Assembly (NCBI GenBank): GCA_050273025.1
Contig: CP158635.1
Location: forward strand, 23,188,001 to 23,252,000
Direction of reading: 5' to 3'
DNA: 64,000 nucleotides
Origin: Cenococcum geophilum
Taxonomy: Eukaryota
A program made the translations under genes and the position numbers. The notes beneath the pieces were generated by a model. That model was given only the letters and a program-made list of their open reading frames with translations. It ran no database searches and was not told where the DNA came from. Below are positions 1 through 10,272 of the stretch, in pieces (positions within the stretch are counted from its first letter, which is position 1; every line of letters begins with the position of its first letter).

Positions 1-574
1 TTAGCTAAGACCTTTAGTTGTTAACATCTTATAAAGAGGTTAATTCTAATCCTATTATAGAATCGTTATCCTGGTCTTCTCGTGCCCTAACTTATCTTAA
101 TCTACTATCCGTCTCTACCTTACGTTTCTATCGTCTTTTTAGGCCTTCCTATTGTCCCGGGTATTCTAGGAGGCTATACTATAGGCCCTACCTTATAGCT
201 AGGGCCCTAAGACATATAAGGGGTTACGCAGTAACTATATTCTCTAGCTCCGTATAGCAGCTAATATCAGTATCCCTTAAGCTAGCTCTCTTCTATTATT
301 CCTAGTCTTATACTAAATAATGTCTTATAAGCTCCATTAGGGTAGTAGGGTCTAAGATAAGCCTTTAAAAGTTTTTAATTCTATTAGGAAAACCTTTAGC
401 TATAATATACCTCTAATAGCCTCCATCCTAAATAGGAGCTAAAATAGGTTTAATTGAGTTATTAAGCCACTTTTGTATAGAATTTAGTTAAATAAATATA
501 TAGTTATTAAGGCTTTATATCTGGTTAAAAAGACTATTTCTAACGTTGTTAATCTATGTCGTAAGACGTTCATC

Positions 575-690
575 CATCGACTTTATCTTAGTCTTAATTT
601 CCGCAACCTCCGTCTTAATTTCCGTAACCTCCGTCTTGACTTCTGTAACCTTTGTCTTGACTTCTGCAACCTCCGTCTTAACCTTATTAA
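575..690 (-). repeat. 21-bp tandem repeat (heptad/coiled-coil coding) inside the gag remnant
   Basis: About 5 units of TTCYGYAACCTCCGTCTTRAY. Confidence 0.75.
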
Positions 691-1607
691 CCTTAGCATC
701 AACTTAATTTATACCCCTTTTAACCTCTATAACTCTTACGGCCTAAGGGGCGTTATTATCGTATAGGAACACTATTAAGTCGCTTAGTACGCCTATTACG
801 CCATCTAGGTAAGGGTTTAGGTCCGTAGAGAGGTCCTATAGTTGAATAGGTAGGGTAAGGTTAACAGAGGTAGTAATATACTTGTGGATCTTTTGACGAA
901 GGTTCTTTAACGCTATATAGGACGGCTCGAACGGGACAGCTAATGGAGCCATTTTATTAGTAATATTTGCTGCCTTTACTGTCGCGTATATCTAACGTCT
1001 GCGTGTTAGATATCTGTATATTTTAATAAAAATAATAATAGAGTCCTACAGGGTAGGCAGTTATTAGATTTAACTTTAATTACGTATACTTAAGCGAACT
1101 AATAGTAGAAGCTTGCTTAGAAGTTAAGATATATAGGTTCTTTAAGTGGTCCAAATTAATTGTTATAATTTTAATTTAATCGATCGACCGAATCGTTCTC
1201 TGTTTACTGGCTGTACGTTTAAACAATTAACGACTAGGGTCTGTTGACGGTTCTCTATAGGCTTATTCTGGTTCTAGTATTAGTACTTTTCTAAAAGGCC
1301 TTAATCTGGGGGAGACGTCGGCCCGATTAAAGGCCTTTGTTAATCACTAGGTATAGGGGTATTAGGTAACTTCTAGTAGGTTCTTTTAGGGGTTCTTGTC
1401 CGTGCGTATCTGGTTCTTAAGGTCGTGGTTATGTTTGTATACTGTTTATATTCCGTTCGTATTCCGTTTATATTCTTAGGGTTCTAGTTCTTGTTCTTGG
1501 TTCTGGTCTTGTCCTTAGGGTCCTATTCTATGTCCTTGTCCTGTCCTTAGTCTGTAGATATATTTGGGTTCCTTCTTAGAAAGAAAGGGTAGATGGTCTT
1601 AATATAA

Positions 1608-1794
1608 TGTTAGCAACTTAGTCAATTAAGGCACGAGCACGGCACGAGGGACGCGCAAGCCTGTATAATTGGTAGTCTATTAATAAGAATATTAAGACAA
1701 GGACTAAAAGAAGGTTAAGGAAAGGACACGTCTATATACATGCGCTAAGGCTCCAGACGAGCCCCTGATGAGGGTCTATAACAGTGCCGTAACA
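1608..1794 (-). repeat. LTR (187 bp)
   Basis: TGTTAGCAACTTAGTCAAT...CAGTGCCGTAACA; termini nearly identical to LTR 21008-21234, interior different. Confidence 0.8.
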
Positions 1795-2448
1795 CCAGTC
1801 TAACTAAAACGTATGATTATCTAATCGACAGTGTCGAATGTTAAAGGTAGAATGCACTTTACGTGTTTGAAGGACAATTGCTTTCTAACCTCTTCTATTT
1901 AAAGACTAATTGCTAGTTATTAAAGGAGAACTAACTCCCCTTATAATCCTTCTAAGACACTAATAAAACCTTTCGCCGCTTGTCTGTCTAACCATATTTT
2001 CTCTAAGACGTTAGTGAAACTTTTATCTGTTTGACTACTGTCTCATCTAATATACACCTTAGGAGAGCCCGTTATATATTCATACTAAAAAAAGGGTGCG
2101 GCGCTTACTATAAAAAAATCTGGAAATTGTTCCTTAGACCCTAGCAGCGCTAAGGGCCGGCGCTAGGTCTAAGACCTAAGACTACTGACTAAACATATAT
2201 AGGTAGCGCGACTTAGGTTTTACTAAGACCGCTTTTAGTTATTTAAGAGGATTTAGTCGGAACCGACTTGTATACGTTTTTCTTATTAAGAAAACTAAGA
2301 TATACCATTTTATGCCACCTATATAACTTAATAACTTTTTTATAAAAATTATAAATATAGCTATATTATAGTTTTCGTTAAAACAATTCCCACTATTAAA
2401 GTTGTAATATACTAACTTTATATATAATATATATAATATATAAAATTT

Positions 2449-2920
2449 CACCATACGGCAAGAGACCAGCTATTTGCTAGGGCGGGTACAAATAATATTA
2501 CCCAAATGCTTTCCACAAGTAGGGGCCTACATGCAGCAGCACAATGGCTTATAAGTCAAGGAGCCCTCCAGCAGTTCCGGACAGCACACGAGATCCAACA
2601 GAAGGACACGGGAGGATACGCCCCCTTCCAGCCCCTTAGGGACTAGACACCCCCGCCGAGCCGAAGGCGGCACGCAGGCGAATCACCAGACCCTCTTACT
2701 ACCCCCTAGGCCTCCCGAGATACCCTAGAAGCATAGTACGAAAGGCGGACATACTATAAAGGTAAACAGGCTAGGCGTAGGCGGAGCGCGTAAGACTAGC
2801 TGGAAGGATATACCTAGGTTTTTCCCTTACTAGGGATTCTTCCTATAAATAGAAGGTAGAAGCCTGCATGGACCTAGAAAAGGGACCGAATCGGGCTATA
2901 AATAGAACTAATAATAATAA
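2449..2920 (+). mobile_element. 5'-truncated LINE (Tad1-like) 3' end
   Basis: ORF2-like C-terminus ...AAQWLISQGALQQFRTA...*; 3' motif GGGACCGAATCGG followed by a (TAA)n tail; 15-bp TSD TAATATATAAAATTT at 2434-2448 and 2921-2935. Confidence 0.75.
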
Positions 2921-3541
2921 TAATATATAAAATTTATTAAGTAAATTTATTAGTTAATTATTTAATTATTTAATTAATATATAAGGAAAAACTAAAAGTA
3001 TTAATAATTTAAAAAAAAAAGTTTTATTATTATATTATTTTATAAAGGTGTTAAGGAATTATTTAATTTTGATAGGGTAGGAACGCGTGCACAAGGTGTG
3101 TCCGTGCACAAACTGGCCTAGGCGTCTAATTAGTCTTGGCCTTCGTGGAGTGTTTACTTCAAACGTCGGCATTCAGACCCCTCTTCCCCACAATTACCTC
3201 CTTCCGAATCTACAGTATCATGCTTCTTCACTGGGAATAGATTATTTTCGCGTCGTCAAGGCAGTTGATTCCTGAATAAGCAGTCCCAAGAGGGGAAATA
3301 AATCCTCTGGAATGGGAACGCCATGTCGTTCCAATTGGCCAAACAAATTACTGTCCGTCATAAATTTCGTATCTGGTCTAAGAAAAAGCTTCCGTGAGGT
3401 TTCTGGTTGAACGTGCTAATTTGAGATACTAAGGTGCCTACCATGGAAATTAATGCCTCATCTTGAGAAGCCATCTTTATAAAGCCACTCGGGCCCGCAT
3501 GAACCCACCATGAAACACATCTCAACAAACCTTTAGCCAAG

Positions 3542-4544
3542 ATGCACCGGAACTCGCTACTCACTGTTCTCTTCTCGGCAGGAACAGCTCTGGCCACACA
3601 GCCCCCAGTAAGACCCGCGGTGGCAGCTTCACGATCGGCATGCGTAATAAAATGTCCCATCATTTTTGACGGACGCGTTCCTAACGGGACGGCCATGACC
3701 TATTTCGACACCTCCAACTCGCTGTTCAACCCCGACTATGTGAAAGGAGCGAACCTGAAATGGTCGCAAATTTTACAAGTTCCCTCAGTCACAGCATCGA
3801 GGTTCGACGCGGGTGGTTACGAACCCCTTGAAGTAACAATTTCGGACGCAAGCATATTCAATAATCAAACCGGATTCCGGAGGGCTGGTTTGCAATTCTC
3901 AAGTGATTCACCAACCGGTCCTGGAAACTCCGGGATGAAGACAATTCATTGGAGTGTTAAGCAAGATCCAGCGAAACCAATGAATCTAAGCCATGAGTAT
4001 CTAGTAAGGCTCTTTCCATTGGAAAATGCAGCTCAGAATTGAAGCCGTAAGGTGCTGATTCGTAAATAGAATGTCTGGCATGAGACAAGCGACTACTCTG
4101 CTGACCAGTTCATGTTTGAGGCTGGAACGATCATTGGGAGTTCCGGGAGTGTCAAAGACAATTGGAAGATACTGAACAGGAATAGCCAGTCAATTTGGTC
4201 AACGCCCATTGACAGCACACAGTGGCAGAATTTTGCTGTGACGATGGACTACAACAAAAAGTAAGTATTTGGGGAAAGAAGTTTTACTCCGTACTAATAA
4301 TAATACTTCACACAGCACACTCCAAGTTTACTACTCCGCAGGCACGGCAGCTCTTACGGCTGTTACTAGCGCTGTTTCCAATGACAACTCAGGAAACGGA
4401 CAATTTCAGATGGGCATACTCAAAAAACCGACCGGAACATCAGATGTGGTGAATAGCGGGTACCAAGAAGGTGGAATGCATGAAGGACAAATATACGGAG
4501 GCCTCTTCGTTGAAGATAGCGCCAATGGCTGTATCTCCACTTGA
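3542..4544 (+). CDS. Secreted glycoside hydrolase family 131-like protein (about 293 aa; exons 3542-4003, 4070-4260, 4316-4544)
   Basis: Signal peptide MHRNSLLTVLFSAGTALA; motifs IIFDGRV, LEVTISDASIF, QTGFRRAGL, LSHEYLNVWHE, GQFQMGILK; two GT-AG introns with branch points that restore the frame. Confidence 0.85.
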
Positions 4545-5654
4545 ACAATTTGGATGGTAGATGAAATTCATGGCCACAAAAGCTCTCTACTGGAAGATTG
4601 ATATTCTATGACCCTAAGTTTCGAAAGTATACAGTGCATTCCCATTCTGTGGTACACATAATCGTGAAGAGGTGATGTGAAGATGGAGACCTCGAGGTTG
4701 GGTCTGCAGACGGAGAAATTTCTCTCTGCTCCTGATTCAGCCAACGCTCCGGATCGGTTTATAAGGCAACTAAAATCCGAGCAACCACCAGCTGCAATTA
4801 TTTCCGCCAAGTGAACATTATACACTGGTAAGCTTATATTTAAAATTTTATTTAAATATCTTTAATAGTGGTAGAGTTATAGTAAGTGAAAGTTAGTGGA
4901 TTTAATGGCCGACCCGCTGGCTGTCTCAGTTGGGGGCCAAAAAAAAGTGGCATAACAAAAAGTCAACTTGCTCGGGGGCGTCTAGCGCAGCAACCTTTGT
5001 AGATAGTAATACAGCTTATCTAGACAAAAGGTATATTCGAAGTCCTTAAAATAATTTAAGTACTCCTAAATTTTATGGACTTAGTATCCGCGGCTGTAGC
5101 AAGCTCTAAAGTTGGGCTACTTTTCAAGGACTTCGCTTATTTGATGACTTGTTATCACTACACCGCTTAATTACCCCTAGTTAAACCTTTTTGTCTGAAC
5201 GAGTTCGAATAGGAATTTATGGTCGCAATCACGTGAGCTAAGCGAGCTCAGGAAACCCCTTAAATTGCACCTCTTTATGTACAATTAGAAAACAACCATT
5301 ATATAACCTAACAAGACTACAATTACAACATGACGTAATATTAGCCTTAGGTCATGTGTTCCGACATTAATTAATAAATGCGCATAGATTAAGCACTTGA
5401 CCTAGGGCATTCTGTAATTATAATTTAAGAAGACGTTCGGCAGTCTTGTGGATTAAGCAAGTTATATAACGTTTGGCAGTTAGCTACTTGCTTTGTTATA
5501 AAGAGTAGTAGAAAGGTAAAAAGTATTTAGCAGCTTTTAGAGCGTTTAGTAGCTCTCTTTTTACTATTGCTACCTCCCTGTTAATCTTTAGAGCGTACGG
5601 CAGCGAACTAATTGATTCTGGTGTTAGGAACACCATAAGCTAGGCTTCTACTAA

Positions 5655-5920
5655 TTAACGGCCCTGCTAGCCTACCACACCTTAATTGACGGCCCTACTA
5701 GCCTACCATATATAGTCAATCGACGGCCCTACTAGCCTGCCATATACAGTCAATCGACGGCCCTGCTAGCCTACCCTACCTTATACCTCAATCGACGGCC
5801 CTGTTAGCCTACTATACCTCAATCGACGGCCCTACTAGCCTGCCACATACAGTCAATCGACGGCCCTGCTAGCCTACCCTACCTTATACATTAATCGACG
5901 GCCCTACTAGCCTGCTATAT
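5655..5920. repeat. Tandem repeat, about 8 units of 30-38 bp
   Basis: Recurring AATCGACGGCCCTRCTAGCCTRCC. Confidence 0.85.
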
Positions 5921-6084
5921 ACAACGTTAAAGGAAGAGCTGGATAAGACGTTAAAGGAAGAAACTATTGAGACGTTAGATGAGGACGAGACATAGGTGGA
6001 CTCTGGAAATTGATAGATGATAATGTAATAGGCCCGTAAGCCTCAAAGGACGATCCTCTACCCAACCTCCCTACTCCGTTCATA

Positions 6085-6260
6085 CAAGCTCCGCCTGCAT
6101 AACCTCCGCCTATATAAGCTACGTCCGCGCAAGCTACGTCTGCGCAAGCTCCGTCTGCTTAAGTTCCGTCTACGCAACCTCCGTCCGCGCAACCTCCGTC
6201 TGTATAAGCTCCGCCCGTGCAAGCTCCGTCCGCGCAAGCTCTATCCGCGGAAGCTCCGCT
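6085..6260 (+). repeat. 15-bp tandem repeat (QAPSA-type coding units)
   Basis: About 11 units of CAAGCTCCGYCYGCR. Confidence 0.8.
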
Positions 6261-7287
6261 AGCTTTACCCTCTTTATTAACTAAAGCTAAGGAGCCACAA
6301 TAGCCAAACTCGTACGAACCTCCGCAACCTACCATTATGCCTACCTTTGTTTCTGATGAAAGAACTATTTAAATTATAAGGGATGCTATATAACTTTCCG
6401 ATTCGGTATAAATTCCATAATTTCTACGAACTTAAGGCTTTATAATAGCCGATTTTGCTCTTATTACTAGAAAGACCTTATAAGAGCTAATTGCGTACCT
6501 TAAAAGCTAAGGATTTTAAATTCAACTAACCGATTAACGTCACTCTCTTATAAGCGTACTTATAGAGTAGATAGAAGGTAAATGGCAAAAGGAAGCATAA
6601 GAGTAAGCTCGCTAGGCTCGCTAAGCTCAGCTCAAAGCTTAACATCTAGAAGAAGTTTAATAATAAGCTTATTAGGCTTAAATCGAAGCTTAACGTTAAG
6701 AAGAGATTTAATAGCAAGAGTAAGCTCGTTAAGCCCTTTTCCTAGCTTAAGTTAAAGCTTAAAATTAATCTTAGTAGTAAATAATAGGGAATAGGTAAAA
6801 TATTAGGAACGTATAACGTTTAATAGTGTCTCTTTTTACTATCTTTTTATACTAGTAGTTTTATTTTTTAAGTACCGCCAGTGTCTGAACGAGTTTAAAT
6901 AGGAATTTATGGTCGCAATTACGTGAGCTAAGCGAGCTCAGGAAACCCCTTAAATTGCACCTCTTTATATATAATTAGAAAACAACCATCATACAACCTA
7001 ACAAGACTACGATTACGACATGACGTAATATCAGCCTTAGGTCATGTGTTCCGACACTTTTAATTTAAAAAAAAATAAGTCACATCTCAGATTATTTTTC
7101 TTTAATTGTTATCACATTTATATAGTTGAACTAAGTGAATAGTAATTCTAGGGAGTTTTTGGCCTATAACACTGGAGACCAGTCTCAGAAGCTACGTTAG
7201 CATAGACGGTCTCAGCGCTGCAGCAAGTATCATTGCTATTATATAGATATCTGGAAAAAATTTCGATCTCTGCCGGGTATATTACTT

Positions 7288-10272
7288 CAGGGATCCCAAT
7301 AATCATTAAGTTAGTTATCTAAATTACAATTATTTAGATTATCTGATAATTATAATCGAAATTAAAGACTCGATTAGTTATATAGATTATATAGATTATA
7401 TAAATATATATAAGGGAGTGGGTAGAGGAGGAAGTTGTAATATAGCGCGACAGTTATCAGCAGCTGTATCCATGCATGCGCTAAAAGGCCAAAATTTCGC
7501 TGTAGCCCCTAGTAAAATCTGCCTAACGCGTAATACTCGCTTACAGCACGCAATAAGCACGTCTGGTCGTGTTGCTTACTTTTTATTAATACCAAGCTTC
7601 TATTCTTAACATTAACACTAACCATAACTCCGCCACCGTCCCCCCGCACCCATAGCCAAAAGAAACAGCAAGAAGAAGAAGTAGACGAAGTTTCCGTCCT
7701 TAGCAAGCATAATTTATATAAGTTTAACAACGTAACGGAAGCCCACAAGGACCCTTATTACTAAATTAGAATTCCTTAACTAAAACGGAAGAGAGAACGC
7801 GAGGATAAAGTTCTCTAGTTATATGCCCTTAATAAACCTCTAAAAGGTTAACTAGAACGTAGCAATTTAAACTAGGAGCTTTTCTACTATAAGCGCTGCC
7901 AAAAACAATATTTAAGTCTTACATTTGCTCGCGCCCACCTAAAGAACAAACACGGTATAAAAATCCCCCTTAAGACGTTAAAAGTTAATAAAGTAATAAA
8001 GTCTACTATTGGCGCCTTATTTAATAAACAGAAGGAGACAACTGCTAGTAAAACGGACTCTAAAATTAACAAGATCCTGCGAGATTTAGTAAACAAAACC
8101 GACTTTATAAACGCCCTTTATTACCTTATAGTTACACGCAATCTTCCTTATATAATTGTTAAGTGGCTAGAGTTTAGAGCCTTCCTCTATATTTATAATT
8201 ATATAGTTAACAACCTCCTCTATAAATCTGCCGGCTTAGTGCCTTTACTTATTAGCAAAACGTTCGTAATTTATAGGGATTTAGTAAAGAAAAGACTTAA
8301 GAAGGCAATATTAAAAGTCCATTTTATAACTAATTATTGGACGGCTCTAAATAAGTCAGCTTTCCAGGTAGTAACTACTTACTTTATTAACGAAGCTGGC
8401 TACCTTTTAAAGGCGACGCTTGCTCTACGGGAGTATAAGGAGTCTTACGGTGGTAAGGAGCAGGTAGAGGTATTAATTAAGGTGTTAGAAGAATTTAATA
8501 TTAAGGAAAGCCAGATTGGCTATATAACAGGTACGCTTTTATTAATTAATCTAGATCTCTATCTAATTCTAGCGGCAAATAGGTAATAATCACGGCAGTA
8601 ATAATAAGCTCTGCCGTTTAATCTAAAAGCGCTTCCCCTTCTAGTCGGCTACTTAACACCAAATTTGATATATAGGCCATATAATTAACCTCGCTGTTTA
8701 AGCCTTCCTTTTCTACAAAGATAAAGAAGCTATTAAGGTTGTAATCTAGGTAGCCGAATAACTCTAATAAGAAGAGCAACTGGTAAATATCCGTTCGGAA
8801 CATAAGTATAATTAAGATAAAGCTATGTAGGTTAAATGGCGAGAAATAGGAGCCCTTGGCAAAATCTATAATATTACCGTATAGTTAAGACATTTAATAG
8901 AGCGATATTAAGCCTTTCTAGCGCTTGCTAAGAAGACGCTTTCTTATAATAATAATACAAGGTGGAACTCGTGGCTTACTATACTAGAGTCGGCCATTAA
9001 GCTTAAAACCGCTATTTACGTCTTCATTAACAAAAACTGGGACTCTATATAGAAGAATAACCTTAGCCGCAATAAATGGGACACCGTCCACAAGACTATT
9101 GCTATCTTAGGGCCTTTTAAGGATACAACGAAGTCCTTAGAAGGGGACTTAACAACTCTAAATAAGGTTCTGCGGAGTATAGATTTCCTTATTAAATACG
9201 TTAAAAGCAAGCAGGAGGAACATGCTGCTGATATAAACCTCTCGGCGTCGCTTTTAACTATATGGTTTACTTTTAATAAGTATTACAAGCTAACTAATAA
9301 GACTCCTGCCTACGCCTCTACACTTCTTCTTAATTTAACACTTTAAAAGAGATATCTAGATAATCACTAGTAGGCGTTAGAGGAGCGAGATCTAGGTATA
9401 ATTAAGCAAGCAATTAAGGCAGCACGGAGCCTTTAGAAGAAAGAGTATAAATATAAGCTAGTTAACGGTAAGCAAGTTCAGCAAACTGATCTAGATCTTA
9501 TTAAGAACGTATATAAGAGGTAGAAGTATAAAAAACAGCTAGAGCAAACCTCTACTAATAATAAATTTAAGCGCTTTATTACAGTAAGTTAAACCTCCCT
9601 TTTATACACCTTCCTACTATTCACAATAATTAACGTTACTGGCTTTTGGCAGGCAACTCCTTTAACTTTAATTACCAACTCCTTACTTAGCTAGTGGCTC
9701 GAGCCTTTACAACGAAAACTCTAGCTAAGGCTTTTACGTATAGCTATTAATATCCTCTCTATACCTGCTATATCGGCTAAATCTAAGTAAGTTTTTTCTG
9801 GTGCACATTAAACAATATCATGGTAACGCTTAAGGCTTAAAGTGGAGGTGGTGGAATAAACAGAGTGCTTAAAGAGCTGGATTCGTCAGGTAGTAAAGGC
9901 AGGTGGCTTTATAACAATTAACATAGCCGCTGAGGTATTAGATATTAAAGGACTAGATAAGGTAGAGGGCAATATAGTTAACAACCCAATTAAGTTGCAA
10001 GAGGATAAATGGGAGTATGACTGACACTAGAAGTCTATCACCGACTTCCTCTTTTGGAAATCTGGCAGGCGCGGTGGCAATTGGCAGTAAGTAGAGACTT
10101 CCGCAGGCTTTATCCTATACTTAAGCGCTCCTACTGACTTCTCCTTAGTGTATTAGGTAATCGTTATATAATGGTTATAATCTATATAATATAATCGAAA
10201 TCGAAGGCCTTAATTATCAGATAATTGAAATCTAGGTGTCGATTATGATTACATCGATTATTGGGACCCCTG
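7288..10272 (+). mobile_element. hAT DNA transposon (2985 bp), RIP-inactivated
   Basis: 17-bp TIR CAGGG(A/G)TCCCAATAATC; 8-bp TSD TATTACTT (7280-7287, 10273-10280); degraded transposase about 7620-9950 with TRWNSW and a C-terminal SIPAxSAxxExVFSG dimerization motif. Confidence 0.93.

Larger units (their letters stand above)
1..1794 (-). mobile_element. Gypsy-type LTR retrotransposon, 5' part (5' LTR, leader, RIP-degraded gag), continuing beyond the window start
   Basis: LTR at 1608-1794 (TGT...ACA) whose ends resemble the 227-bp LTRs at 14699/21008/47933/53686. Leader with AGGACC/CTAAGG repeats like 48230-48350. Degraded minus-strand ORF from about 951 with a heptad repeat. Strong TpA excess. 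Confidence 0.75.
5192..7056. mobile_element. Short non-autonomous LTR retroelement (1865 bp; 175-bp LTRs at 5192-5366 and 6882-7056)
   Basis: Near-identical TGTC...GACA LTRs; 5-bp TSD CTTTT (5187-5191, 7057-7061); interior has a RIP-degraded low-complexity gag-like frame on the plus strand and no pol motifs. Confidence 0.88.

Noticed and set aside
1795..2430. AT-rich tract with short inverted repeats (CTTAGACC...GGTCTAAG; GTCGGAACCGAC)
   Set aside because: Probably a degraded TE fragment, but no paired termini, TSD or coding motif could be supported
5655..5920. Regularly spaced repeats that resemble a CRISPR array
   Set aside because: Fungal DNA; the gaps are short, repeated variants rather than unique spacers; no cas genes; it is a minisatellite inside an LTR element
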